Source: a virus. From it: a stretch of 64,000 nt of DNA. Where the stretch lies: IMG/VR virus record IMGVR_UViG_3300025141_016375, positions 9,895 through 73,894 of that record. One strand, given 5' to 3'. Below the pieces are notes generated by a model. It was not told where the DNA came from and made no database searches. It was given only the letters and a program-made list of their open reading frames with translations. Every line of letters begins with the position of its first letter. Positions within the stretch are counted from its first letter, which is position 1. This document shows, one piece after another, positions 26,601 through 36,700 of the stretch. The position numbers and the translations under genes are program-made.

Positions 26601-29489
26601 CTCACAGCGCCCATCTCCGAAGGCTTTACTATACCAGGGGCACACAGCGCGGTTATAGACGAGAGCACCCTTACAACAGTCCAAAGCCAGGAAAGCATGC
26701 TTCAACTTGCAACCTTGTACCCTGGTGTAGATCTTGGGGCCGAGGTGCTCCAGGGACTTCCCAAGATAGAAGGGGGTAAAGGAGGAAGTTATTTTAAGTT
26801 TGATGTGCCAATGCCCCCCATCATTGAAAGAAGCGGTGAAATAGAATTTATATCTCACGGTGTCAATTCTGGTTTGGCGACGGACCCTTACGTAGAACTA
26901 AACTATGTCAAGAAATTTTACGACAATTTGGGTACCAATGGGCTTCATCCTGATATGGCAGAAAAAAACCGACAAGCTTTTAAAGACAGCCTCTATGGCA
27001 TGACTCGATGTTTTGCCGGAACCGCGTGGAGTGAGTTGGTGCAGCCCCTATCTAAATTTCTTTATGAAACAAAACTAATACTACTTTTCCCCCAAATGCA
27101 CGACTTTTTATTACCAGAGAATTTCGATTTAGTGAAAACATACTATGAATCACACATATTCTGGCACTTTTTCCAACACAATTTCATTGGAGGGGTAGAG
27201 CGGGCGTCCGACATTAAAGTTTATGGCGGTACGATAGATAGCAAGTATATCATGCAAAACTATGCTGCTATTGGATCCGCTCTGACATACCAAGGAAAAA
27301 TATATTTAAGCGACTGGTTGCTACTCACTGGCAAGTTTGAGCCCCCGACGCGTCGCGACTCAGACCTCAGTGGTTTTAACAAGGGCTGGCACTCTGGTTT
27401 TGCGCTGTGGGACGGCGGCCTTGCACCTCAAGGCGCCGACTACTATGGGAAACTGGGAAAAGACGCGCGCGCGCCAATCAACCCCGTCGTTTTTGATGAG
27501 TTTATGACGAATGGCATCCTGGCCCCCGAAGTAAAAGATGCAATTCCACACCATCCCTCGAATGCTCTAGATCCGGCTATAAGTTGGGGTAATTACCTTT
27601 ACAATGGCCTAGAGGCCACTTGGGAAAATACTGTCGGCGCCGGCAAAACGGTGACCGAAACGGGTGCCACGTACCAGGATCTCACGCCCGTTTGGCACCG
27701 CCTCGTTGATGGGACATTTAAGTGCGGCCCGGCCACAAACGCGCGGGTGTCGGAACAAGATCTATATACTGATAACTTTTTTGGTTGGCTTTATAGTCTG
27801 GAGTTAGCCGAGATCGTTGATATTGAATTCGGCTATAATATAACACAATATACTTTTGCCGGGACGGCTGTAACCAAGCAAGCGAAGAACGCCGCGCAAA
27901 ATGCTCCGGACTTACCGCATGCCGAAAAGATTTTCGATGATATAATTGAAAATTATTGGAAGGGGAGCGATTACACTGCGCGCTGGGACATTATCAATAC
28001 CCTGATCAAAGAAAAAGTGGGCAAAGTAAAGGTGGGGAGTAATAATTTTTATTATATAGCTTTTCCTATTTTCAATGTTGCCAAAAAAGCCCCTGGACGC
28101 CTGCGCTTTTTAGATTATATCTACCAGAGCAAATTTGACGATGCAGCTACACAGACCCAATGGATCTTTACATGGCCGGGCGAAACTCCTGTCACCCCAG
28201 CGGAGATAGGCGTAAATGTTCCACTTGAAGGCGCCCTCTCCCAGGCCGGCGACGGCGTACCTGTTGCGCGCAGCCATTATAATTTTGGCAAATGGGCTCC
28301 GCAGCCTATTCGTGTGAGAAACGGGGCTCTAAGTCAAAATCCGCGTAAAACGCGACCGGTGAACCCAAAAAACTTGGATTGGATTGGATTGCAAAAAACT
28401 CCCATTGGAAAATGCGTTGGTTTTGTTCATATATATAGAAGCGATAGCTATGAGACCCCGACCGACGCCAAATGGATTCATTACACATTGGGCCCAGCGA
28501 ACGTTGCGTTTACTCCCACACAGTTGCCTTGGCTGTACAACGATCTAAGGGCATTTAACTTAGTACCGGACGACAAAGATCCGGTCGATTACAAAAATGT
28601 AGGCGGTCGCCGGCGAGCCATATATGGGTCGAATTCATACTATGCGGCGCAAACAGCTGTGAAGTTGGCGAACTGGTATGAGGAACATACAAAAGGCCAA
28701 GCAGAGGCAATTGGAGAACATGGAATTCTCATCAGCAACGAGAAACATCTCAACGCTGCTTGTGAAGCCGTGGCCATTCCTAAGAATTACATGGGAACTT
28801 GGTGGGAATTTAGTGATGGCGTCTCAGTAACCGAAATAAAAGAAGATACTGTAGATGTTCTCTTTGGCAGTAAATACAATACTTTATATGCCTCTACTAT
28901 TCGCTTGGCCAATATAATAGGAGCGGAAGAAGACACCGATCCTTTATTTGCCTATGGGGAAACTTTTTTCGAGATGATGTCCGAGGATAAAAAAGTAGCT
29001 TTCGAGAGAATTATGAAAAGCTTCTTTTTGAAAGAACAAACCACCATTGTAAGCATCATGCATCGTATTCTCAGTCAAAAATACTACCCTGCCATTGAAT
29101 ATAATTTTGATTACTCCACCAGAAATATAACTAATGCTCTAATGACAGCTATAGCTGTGGCGGGTGGCGACTATCAATACGCCGCGCCGGGTACAGAAAC
29201 GGATATCCCATTTCCGCTAGATTTATCTAATGTCGATTGGTCAGAATTGGCTGAGATGGTTTTAAAAGCCCTTTTAGGTGCAATAGCTAGCGCATGCGAC
29301 CCCACATGGCAAACCCCTTGGTTCTTTCCCGGGCCTTTTACGCCCATTGGAGTGGCGGCTAAAATCTTAATCGGCAAAGACTGGTGGGGTGACGATGATG
29401 ATGGCGATGGAAGGGTACGAAAAACTTGTGAGGATGCCTTAACAGAACAAACAAAACTATTAGATTTAGGGCCTTTTTTCAATAAATAA
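20601..29489 (+). CDS. Giant (2962 aa) hypothetical virion-associated protein
   Basis: Uninterrupted 8.9-kb ORF between the spike and gp25, with coiled-coil and hydrophobic segments. Function unassigned. Confidence 0.8.
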   Translation: MPKVEVFKNAPDVKMHNPVSNEIFRYDHVFFKRQQSSFDVIHIYGLYGVKSGGPSYSDNPATSVWCTAPPATTGPAGYDRKPLSQCYGGTRAKNEIAEHIIKYGVKNKFFKAGTVAAPLPEVIDIANDPANPTSLTQFSQWLQQTEKERGTQALPIFVVKVLPIPANNWPLAFKGMRLIPKDYKYAYCFHAMIPIAAFQKQMSGDCTIPKTVTSDSAEIQKKEVEKAMDADKKAKSPKPPAQGTKAEPGTVATTEGQPDITEDSSTTRGSGETLRYVSTYKIDNIPLYVDIVAKVLQRVDTKMKEYGITFPTRPLNLGVQIKNLEYFKDNIKSQLAKVASPVDPKKRVILAFDKKFKLTAVQYEDKKHPEVRVLAAHAPYFSQTANALIYHLIHIYKKYQTTYGSAEWNAPEVEIRAFLKKYIFPTPLILNTAAGEYIAEKYLLGDKRLLNEKFWDKYKQFPMSANVKMQMKNFAGDSYKMIGDALGFKYASGGFQQIDDFDDFYEQCLEWIDLSKIIQVAAVCMMKAIGADEWIDKICKEVVDEFEKHRDAIIGWCESQDDPATKAFAKELKDLMFAGENWMLKQTESMLVQGAKKLAEMAVTAADRETWASTTSLRNYLQNLSREANALQEELSEAPLHKEPSGLVDKIANLKDQLEDMKEAVAKQKQRQTDLGTALPANETNLYGQLLDEKNRISTKIGKLQGAQRLRQEQFTIYNLLLDEILPELTVLNPYLSETTKGSSTDKTEIYDWFESARNATPSKLKETAAASLNEATLRTRLDAIAIDVAGGTVVGGVSSKLYFNVASTYVDIYQDYHLFAASTDGKDKNNAQMIEDTFDSLLVKVGLLLKIIHEKGAQTGSFGSLLKEGAFKGGKAALLEMFDKDQRKRAMLCAAIFATVGAAIYGIYYLIDNWDEVSVAMTGDMKKLAGAIEKRFALFMRTDYPVMDILESLKEAAKQIGLNLLKDLVVNTIMWLVDVMQAACAEEELVAAPYSPFGQVSLGDFMVASKTNNNLTSGEGVMERTKSFTALSTQTNISLETFNIILSTLSAGLSIREVCSLLEETAPGGTYNRAIQILQTIPQLQNTSFYDYYVNMDGIKTFFELISKDIKPQYCILAKQAFEREKELLLNICVDPADDVLAANLADYLSSEDVLEALANRKKSNLDRAGDAAKFLGQILDGPEEIDPMCGGGANSMSPRHESQQYAANQAGDAIFAAIEKVFEDEIRRIKYIYRDDAALMNAWAAQQTAEGGDTPSNMKLFSDAILGAPAQSKAAGDAAMAEFESIAGIATAADVDFVANKIRTQIRGLNTRNAFVVKYAQVDAADDFDTTIKTKTEIAELIKGWAWAAIHPQDMAQNPEMFFVMLEYGDVDAWRGVWYEDKGNPFASDQEFWKSFGYPDGQPELPDESDDSEAYLDLQKILQVVGTATIIPAFSFDLGTDVSLDWGAYHPQLFAGLDRMIRFRYKPTAPGKPNVSLQVYIPSTGEILASYKTRKVGLPFNFYMLYQEQNGWNDKAAWLNNVFLYQFAWPNNTYNILINSIFEDLLRYSGDNGLYTRENFSALHLNKYSPWSTLTNGEPNPEKCFLGFFNKNVLNNQTQKMIDALACFNPDSVSKNSTTVSFIKMLVDCLIRVIVVKETMKTLFTFGIFNKSQLYVKDIEGEDEEVPFFQVYFKKEIERALLKQFGVIASQLFNPRQGLGYSGKVGKAVKVDKEEEGAGDPDAIFADPCSMEPALETANFQAAATELQKFNDEIIAEWVTGVTRVLFQNEQLTDAEAISININQQIAYVQEVLYRGIPDNVKGEQLSGTLAAYQQAAAKASKNTFLENFDPHTGGSETWVAEASNLIKLEKLNAKAKLLTIENDALESFFNPAPVLASKGETETMRAERLWFPYDRLMLSPATIYMEWQLVEQREAKASLWRYINTSAQSYWTAKYSGVDELVEWIEQDQSVVGAHTNPDRNTWTKLATWAYGGANELGRGGDFTTGRSPTAVLWAGFLTAPISEGFTIPGAHSAVIDESTLTTVQSQESMLQLATLYPGVDLGAEVLQGLPKIEGGKGGSYFKFDVPMPPIIERSGEIEFISHGVNSGLATDPYVELNYVKKFYDNLGTNGLHPDMAEKNRQAFKDSLYGMTRCFAGTAWSELVQPLSKFLYETKLILLFPQMHDFLLPENFDLVKTYYESHIFWHFFQHNFIGGVERASDIKVYGGTIDSKYIMQNYAAIGSALTYQGKIYLSDWLLLTGKFEPPTRRDSDLSGFNKGWHSGFALWDGGLAPQGADYYGKLGKDARAPINPVVFDEFMTNGILAPEVKDAIPHHPSNALDPAISWGNYLYNGLEATWENTVGAGKTVTETGATYQDLTPVWHRLVDGTFKCGPATNARVSEQDLYTDNFFGWLYSLELAEIVDIEFGYNITQYTFAGTAVTKQAKNAAQNAPDLPHAEKIFDDIIENYWKGSDYTARWDIINTLIKEKVGKVKVGSNNFYYIAFPIFNVAKKAPGRLRFLDYIYQSKFDDAATQTQWIFTWPGETPVTPAEIGVNVPLEGALSQAGDGVPVARSHYNFGKWAPQPIRVRNGALSQNPRKTRPVNPKNLDWIGLQKTPIGKCVGFVHIYRSDSYETPTDAKWIHYTLGPANVAFTPTQLPWLYNDLRAFNLVPDDKDPVDYKNVGGRRRAIYGSNSYYAAQTAVKLANWYEEHTKGQAEAIGEHGILISNEKHLNAACEAVAIPKNYMGTWWEFSDGVSVTEIKEDTVDVLFGSKYNTLYASTIRLANIIGAEEDTDPLFAYGETFFEMMSEDKKVAFERIMKSFFLKEQTTIVSIMHRILSQKYYPAIEYNFDYSTRNITNALMTAIAVAGGDYQYAAPGTETDIPFPLDLSNVDWSELAEMVLKALLGAIASACDPTWQTPWFFPGPFTPIGVAAKILIGKDWWGDDDDGDGRVRKTCEDALTEQTKLLDLGPFFNK

Positions 29490-29499
29490 TAATAATTAG

Positions 29500-29506
29500 C
29501 TAATTA
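29500..29506 (+). promoter_or_regulatory. Candidate late promoter CTAATTA upstream of gp25-like gene
   Basis: gCTAATTAtt in the intergenic gap, 31 nt before the ATG; recurs before other structural genes. Confidence 0.55.
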
Positions 29507-29530
29507 TTATAATCAAGAGGATTTTAACTA

Positions 29531-29929
29531 ATGGCTTACGGATACTCAGCAGTTTTACCTTTACAAAGAAGTCAAGAGGATGGGTTTTATGCACTCACAA
29601 AAACTCTTGCTTCCAATATCAAACAAAATTTAATGAATATTTTATTGACGGGACCCGGTGAAAGAGTGATGCTTCCCAATTTTGGAGTAGGTCTGCGGCG
29701 CGTGCTTTTTATGCAGGCCCACGAAGCACTTGAAGCGGAGATAACCGAAAGGATTGAAGATCAAGTGGCGACTTATATGCCTTTTGTTTCTATTACCCGC
29801 ATCAAGTACTTCAAGTTTAATACCACCGTGGAAACATCCGAAAGAGAACACCAGTTTGACATCCAACTATTTTATGGAGTCCCCCAGTTGAATTTCTCTG
29901 ATTTGTTAGAGATTATTCGATTGCCATAA
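29531..29929 (+). CDS. Baseplate wedge subunit, gp25/GPW family
   Basis: IKQNL.NILLT.PGERVM.PNFGVGL..LF is the canonical gp25 signature. Confidence 0.93.
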   Translation: MAYGYSAVLPLQRSQEDGFYALTKTLASNIKQNLMNILLTGPGERVMLPNFGVGLRRVLFMQAHEALEAEITERIEDQVATYMPFVSITRIKYFKFNTTVETSEREHQFDIQLFYGVPQLNFSDLLEIIRLP

Positions 29930-29948
29930 CAGGAGGAAATAGCTACGC

Positions 29949-31742
29949 ATGCCTTATATTAAAAAACCGCTCATTAATTATACTAATAGAGAATTTGAAA
30001 CTATTAAAGCCGATTTAGTTAATTATGCGCAGAAGTATTATCCCGAAACCATGCAGGATTTCAATGAGGCTTCATTTGGTTCTTTGATGTTGGACATGGT
30101 AGCTTTAGTGGGCGATATGCTTTCCTTTTATATAGATTATCAAGCAAACGAATCATTTATTGAAACAGCCAACGAATACGAAAATGTTTTAAATCTTTCT
30201 AAACATTTTGGATATAAGTATAAGCCCAACGCCTCTTCTATGGGACAAGTGAGCTTTTTTGTACTGGTTCCAGCACTAGGAGGCTCTGTCGCCCCCAATT
30301 TAAATTTGGCGCCTATTATTCGCAAGGGCTCTCTTTTTTCTACCACAATTGGGACCCTTTTCACTTTAATGGAAGATATAAATTTTTCTCAATCTTCGGA
30401 TATTGTGGCAGGAGAAGTAAACGCAACTACTGGGGCGCCCACGAGCTATGCTATTAAAGCTCAAGGAATTGTAGTCTCTGGCGAATTACGAAGCAAAGAT
30501 TATACCATCGGCGCTTACGAAAAGTTTTTAAGGGTACAAATTGATGACAGTAATGTGACAGAAGTGGTAGCCGCCTTTGATTCCAATGGCAATAATTATT
30601 ATGAAGTAGACTATCTCACCCAAAATACCGTTTATGTGTCTGTTATCAATAATCAGTCCAATATGGATACCGTGAGAAATATTTTAAAACCTGTATCTGT
30701 GCCTCATCGCTTCGTGGTGGAGCACAATGAACTTTCTACAACTTTACAATTTGGGTTTGGCACACAAGATAATGAAGCAAAAATATTGGATCCGACCAAC
30801 ATTATCTTAAATGTTTTTGGAAAAGAACATTTTAGTGAGCCATCTTTTGACCCTACCGTGTTGATTAAGACGGATAAGTTGGGTGTTGTTCCTTCGGATA
30901 CCGTGCTAACAGTTATTTATCGTCGTAATACTACATCCAATGTCAATGCGGCCGCCAATTCTTTACGCAATACTGTTAATGCACAATTCCAGTTTCGTAA
31001 CGCCCAAACGTTGAACGCGGGATTGATGACAGGCGTACGTAATAGTTTAGAGCTTACTAACGAAAATCCGATTTTTGGGGATGTTTCGGCGATTAGCGCG
31101 GAGGAATTAAAATACCGCGCCTATGGGACATACGGCGCCCAAAATCGTGCCGTCACTAAAGAGGATTATATTACGATGATATATAATATGCCCGCTAATT
31201 TTGGTCAAGTAAAAAAAGCCACTATTGAACGCGACGTAGATTCTTTTAGCGGTAAAAATTTGAATTTATATGTTCTTTCAACAAACGATGGGGGCAAATT
31301 TGCGCCTACTAACCTCACTATTAAACAAAATTTAAAGACATGGATAAACCAATATAAAATGTTGGGCGATACTATTGATATCCTCGATGGTCGCGTGATC
31401 AACCTTGAAATAAAATTTACCGTCGTTGCCTTTGCAAATGTCAACAAATACGACGTGTTACAGCTGTGTCTCAATACTCTGACCAGCTTTTTTCAAGGCT
31501 CCTATTACGATCTTGGCGAGCCATTTAAAATTACAGATGTATATAAATTATTAAACAATATAAGCCAAGTATTAGATGTCAAAGATGTGACGGTAACACC
31601 CAAGCGTGGAGCGGGCTATTCGGATTATGCTCCTTCTTTTGACGAATTGGCCTCTGATGATGGGAGATTTTTAATGGCACCCCACGATACGGCATTTGAA
31701 ATACTGAGTCCAACCAACGATATTGATGGAGAAGTGATTTAA
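29949..31742 (+). CDS. Baseplate wedge subunit, T4 gp6 / baseplate J-like
   Basis: NYTNREFETIK.DL, LSFYIDYQANESF, LQFG.G and AQNRAVT.EDY; follows gp25. Confidence 0.88.
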   Translation: MPYIKKPLINYTNREFETIKADLVNYAQKYYPETMQDFNEASFGSLMLDMVALVGDMLSFYIDYQANESFIETANEYENVLNLSKHFGYKYKPNASSMGQVSFFVLVPALGGSVAPNLNLAPIIRKGSLFSTTIGTLFTLMEDINFSQSSDIVAGEVNATTGAPTSYAIKAQGIVVSGELRSKDYTIGAYEKFLRVQIDDSNVTEVVAAFDSNGNNYYEVDYLTQNTVYVSVINNQSNMDTVRNILKPVSVPHRFVVEHNELSTTLQFGFGTQDNEAKILDPTNIILNVFGKEHFSEPSFDPTVLIKTDKLGVVPSDTVLTVIYRRNTTSNVNAAANSLRNTVNAQFQFRNAQTLNAGLMTGVRNSLELTNENPIFGDVSAISAEELKYRAYGTYGAQNRAVTKEDYITMIYNMPANFGQVKKATIERDVDSFSGKNLNLYVLSTNDGGKFAPTNLTIKQNLKTWINQYKMLGDTIDILDGRVINLEIKFTVVAFANVNKYDVLQLCLNTLTSFFQGSYYDLGEPFKITDVYKLLNNISQVLDVKDVTVTPKRGAGYSDYAPSFDELASDDGRFLMAPHDTAFEILSPTNDIDGEVI

Positions 31743-33739
31743 TGGGAATTAAACGATGGGTTGCAAACCAAGACAATACAATTACGAATGCTTTTGCACC
31801 TAACTTGTTGACTCGCGGCGTCAGCGGCAACATGGGCCAATCCGATGTTCTAGAAGTCTTCTCTATTTTTGGACAAGCCTCATCTGCTTCTTCAGAACTA
31901 GAAAGAATATTAATTCAATTTCCAGTGTCCCAGATCTCTTCGTCTAGAGGTGCAGGCACCATTCCTGCTTCTGGTAGCGTAGATTTTTATTTAAGGATGT
32001 TCAATGCCAAGCATTCATGGACCACTCCCCGAGATTATACTTTAGATATTTGTCCCGTTTCACGCTCCTGGTGCGAAGGTTTGGGCTTGGATATGGAAGA
32101 TTATAGGGATTTAGATGCTTCTAATTGGCTCTACAGCTGCCCGGCCCCTGGCACCCAAGCATGCGCGACTATTACCATAGAAAACACCGATGGTGGCCCT
32201 GTCCCCGGCGCTAACAACCCGTTTATCAATCTAACCATCGATGCCGGAGCGGGCCCCCCTCCGGCCACCTATCAATTTCAAGGACTCCATGGCCCCTTAT
32301 GGTGGCCCAGTTCCTTTCGGATAGGCACAACGACGACAGCCATTGCCACCGATCTGGCGAATGTCATTAATGTATCAGCTAGCGACCACTTTACTGCTTC
32401 TTCAAATGGAAGTGTTGTGCGCATATGTGCGACAGGCTCTGGGGTATATGGAAATAATTATGCCGCAGTCGGCTTCCCATCAGTCGACGCCGACGCCGCC
32501 GGCAGGTGGGTGTTTGCGACGGTAACCGGCGCAGCTGCCACGGAGTATTTCTGTTCAATGGGGCCCGACATGAGTGGGCCCGCTGCCCCGGCACTCCCGG
32601 CCCTCTGTGGCGGGGCTCTCTACCCAGCGGGGAGCGCCTCTTTGGGAGGTGGAAGCGCCGCCGAGGGGTTTATTCGCTGGACAACAGAAGGCGGCGATTA
32701 TTTAAGCTCTCCATGTTTTTCTCAATACTTTGACACTGGTAATGAAAATCTAGAAGTTAACATAACTCCTCTCGTTGAAGAATGGATTAGCGGGACTGTC
32801 GCCCGGGGCACCCAGCGTGACGCCCTTCCTAATTATGGCGTCGGAATTAAATTAAGTGCCACCGACGAAGGAGATTCTTTTTCATATTATACTAAAATGT
32901 TTTTTGCCAGAGGTTCTCAATTCTTTTTTAAACGTCCAATTATTGAAGCACGTTGGAACAGCAGTATACTAGATGATCGGGGTAACTTCTTTTTAAGCTC
33001 ATCGCTTGTGCCTGCAACTGATAATTTAATGAACCTTTACCTTTATAATGTGGTAAGAGGGCAATTAACAAACATTCCTGCGGTCGGCACCGGTAAAATA
33101 CTAGTTAGTGTTTATTCTGGATCTAACGACAATTCGGCTCCTTTTGGCGCCAAATTGGAACTTCCAGCCGGTGGGGGTGTGGTGGCCGACGATGATGTGA
33201 ATATCACCGGTTCCTGGGTCGAAACAGGCGTCTATTCAGCTTCTTTTGCATATACTTCGTCAGCTATTACGACCATTTTTGATGTATGGCATAGTGCAAG
33301 TGTGGAATATCACACCGGCAGCGCCGTCACAGTAAGCACCTTTGACAGTCAAAACTTCAATTTTGACCGCCGATATGTTTCCAAAGTTATTAATTTGCGC
33401 CCCGTTTATTCCCCCGACGAAACGAGTAGATTTAGACTTTACGTTCGTGAAAAGGATTGGCAACCCACCATTTATACGGTGTCGTCCAATATCATGCCTA
33501 ATCAAATAATTTACAATGCGTATTATCAAGTGAGTAGAGTTTCCGACAATTTAAAAGTGATACCGTATGGCACGGGAAGTTCAAATCAGACCAAACTTTC
33601 TTATGATGTGAGCGGAAGTTATTTTGATTTGGACATGGCACTCTTTGATACTGACACGGTTTACTCATTAAAATTGGCTTATTTGATTAACGGTACGTAT
33701 ACAGAACAACCAGAAGAATTTAGATTTAGGGTCGAGTAA
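31742..33739 (+). CDS. Putative baseplate/virion structural protein with a Cys/Gly/Pro-rich central segment
   Basis: DNTI, RILIQF, SRSWCEG.G, W...GGDY and PIIEARW (DNRLRE-like pattern, recalled); position after gp6. Confidence 0.65.
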   Translation: MGIKRWVANQDNTITNAFAPNLLTRGVSGNMGQSDVLEVFSIFGQASSASSELERILIQFPVSQISSSRGAGTIPASGSVDFYLRMFNAKHSWTTPRDYTLDICPVSRSWCEGLGLDMEDYRDLDASNWLYSCPAPGTQACATITIENTDGGPVPGANNPFINLTIDAGAGPPPATYQFQGLHGPLWWPSSFRIGTTTTAIATDLANVINVSASDHFTASSNGSVVRICATGSGVYGNNYAAVGFPSVDADAAGRWVFATVTGAAATEYFCSMGPDMSGPAAPALPALCGGALYPAGSASLGGGSAAEGFIRWTTEGGDYLSSPCFSQYFDTGNENLEVNITPLVEEWISGTVARGTQRDALPNYGVGIKLSATDEGDSFSYYTKMFFARGSQFFFKRPIIEARWNSSILDDRGNFFLSSSLVPATDNLMNLYLYNVVRGQLTNIPAVGTGKILVSVYSGSNDNSAPFGAKLELPAGGGVVADDDVNITGSWVETGVYSASFAYTSSAITTIFDVWHSASVEYHTGSAVTVSTFDSQNFNFDRRYVSKVINLRPVYSPDETSRFRLYVREKDWQPTIYTVSSNIMPNQIIYNAYYQVSRVSDNLKVIPYGTGSSNQTKLSYDVSGSYFDLDMALFDTDTVYSLKLAYLINGTYTEQPEEFRFRVE

Positions 33740-33742
33740 TTT

Positions 33743-36700
33743 ATGTCTTTAAAAGATTTATTTAAAGAAGATGATAATCTTAGAAGTTTTGAACCCATTA
33801 CCAAAGCGGACATAGACGCTGATTTAGAGTCGTATGATTATTTAAAAGCCGTTCAAGAAAGGTCGCGCCGATTCCTCCCTTTAGAAAAGTTTGCGAAGCC
33901 CGAGACCTTTGCCAAATTTGGCTCCGCCGAGAAATATTATGAAGACTCCATTCGGCGCATATACAATACTTATCCTTATGATGGCTCTTTAAAGGAGAAA
34001 ATACAATGGGAGCTTTCCTCTTCTGTAATTGATATATTTCTTTTGGAGAACGGGTACCCGCGTACTACAGGGTATGCTACTTTTTCTTCGGCCAGCTTCG
34101 CAGCCACAGTATTAGTTAATGGCTATGGCGCCGTCCCCACTGCTTCTTACGAGTTTATTTCACTTCAAGGTGGCCCCCATAAGGGCACCGGCAAATCCCT
34201 TTATTATGATCAGTGGCAAGATACGACCACATATCGTAAAGATGCGAATATTTTGGATCGTAGCCAAAATAGAGAAAACAATTTAAAAATTGATGGTATA
34301 GATGGCAATACAGTAGAGTTTTGGCTTAAAAAGGAAGCTTTTTTGGTATTGGGAGACCCCGATTACACCAGCGAGAAAGAGGTTATAATTGATGTTTTTG
34401 TATCTGGTACCACACAAGTTGATCAGGAGTATGGGAGGTTAAGAGTAGAACTTACCGGGACCGCCGATGTAGGAGCGACTCCGTGGCTAGTCACTTTTTC
34501 CTCCGGCACCCTTAACGCAATGATGCAACAGCCCATTGGTAGAAACATTACGACTGCCTCGGTGGCGGATGGCCAATGGCATCACTATGCATTTATATTT
34601 CAAAATAATGCCGATAACCCTGGTAACGCGGTGCAGTGCGATCTTTTTATAGATGGCGCTCATAATAGCAGAGCCGTAGGAACCGGGGAGGTTTTTTATG
34701 TTAGCGGCGCCCTCGAAGCCACCGTTGGAGCGCTCGGGTCTGCCGATCCTCCCGAAACGGGCGTCACGGCACTCAACGGCGCCCTCAAGGGGTATGCCAA
34801 ACTGTCGGGGTCTCTCGATGAAGTACGTTATTGGAAAACTGCTCGGACATCAAAAAAGATTCAACAATATTGGTTTGATCAGGTTGGAGGGGGAACCAAT
34901 AGTGATCTTGCCAATACCCATTTGGGTGTTTATTATAAATTTAATGAAGGGATCACCACTAATGTCGCCATCGACGCGAATGTATTAGATTATTCCGGAC
35001 GTATTTCGAATGGAACGTGGACTGGCTATAATCCGCTTTTTTCTCGCTCAACAGGGTCTGCAATGATAGAATCTTCGGCTAGCGCGATAGAATTTAGAGA
35101 TCCCATTATTTATCCTTCTCATCTTGACGTAGTGAGCTTTTTAAATACCCAAAAGGGCATCGGAAAGGATTACGACACTACTAATGTCAACTCTCTCGTT
35201 TCCTATATGCCCACCTGGATGCTAGAAATTAATGAAACCGCGGAGGCAGATGCCAACAAGAACGTGTTAATGAATTTGTTACAGATACTTTCAAGTTATT
35301 TTGACAATGCGTCGCTTTTGATCGATAAAATCCCTTCTCTAAGTGAACCCAAATATTACACCTCGGGCACTTTTCCGCCTCCCTTTAATAAGAGGCTTTT
35401 AGAATCCCGCGGCTTTGTAGCGCCCGACATTTTTATGGATCTCAGCTTGCTTGAACAGTTTGCACAGCGGGACAATACTCTTTTATTCCAGGAGAGCGTA
35501 GAACATGTTAAAAGAACGATTTATCAAAATATCTATAATAATTTAATTTATTTATATAAATCAAAAGGCACCGAAAAATCTTTTAGAAACTTAATTAGAT
35601 GTTTTGGTATTGACGATGAAGTATTAAAATTTAACATTTATACTAAAAACAATACATTTAAAATACAAGACAACACCAAATATGTCACTAAAACAAAACA
35701 ATACGCTAATTTCAATGAAGTAGAAAATGGCGACGCAACGGTATATCAGCATACAGCGTCGGACGATACCAATGCCACTTCCTTTCTTACCATGGGCCCG
35801 GGCCTTGTGGGCGGTGATGTTCCTACTTTCAGTTCGGGCACTGCTTTTACTTTAGCAGCCGACGTAATTTTGCCAAATCATGTAACTATTGCGGAATACG
35901 CCACAGTTAAAGAAAACTATGATGGTAAAGTACAAAATCATTATCCTTTGATAGTGTCTTCATCTTTATTTGGCCTTCATGACGTAACTTCAGTTGAAAA
36001 TGTTGGAACGTGGATCAATCCGGACTGGGCGAATTTTCAAGTTTATGCTGTAAAAGAAAATAATGATAAGTTTTCAACCACAGCTAAATTTGTTTTGAGC
36101 AGCGTGCCAAGCGCTCCCGCGGGACCAATAGAGACTATATTACCTATTGAATCGCCTTTTTTTGAAGATATTTATGACGATCAAAAGTGGACTTTAGCAG
36201 TATCCGTCTTTCCAGAAAAACAGGGAGTGAACCAAGTTGGAGGAACTAGTGGTTCCGACATGGGCGTCCCAACCTCACCCGACCAATCAGATTATATAAT
36301 AAGATTTTATGGGTGTAATCATATCTCCGATATAAAATATCAAAGCTTTGAAGTTAGTGCGACGATTCCACAACAGGCTGGCGATTGGGGAGGCGCCTTC
36401 TTCTGGCACTGGCCCAACAAAAGAATATTCGCCGGCGCCCACCGCACTGATTTTAATGGAAGTCTAAGAGAGTTCTCGGATGCCAAGATATCCGCAGTCA
36501 AAGCGTGGTACGCGAATATTCCCACCTCTTCTATAGATCAGCATAACAAAAAAGCTGGGAATTATGGCGCAGCAGCCCCCACAAAAAATGCTTTTCTTTA
36601 CGAGGAAGCTTACAATTCAGTTAATATACCTGAAATAGGAACGCTCGCTCTTCACTGGGATTTTACCACTGTAAGCTCTTCCGATGCATCGGGCCAATTT

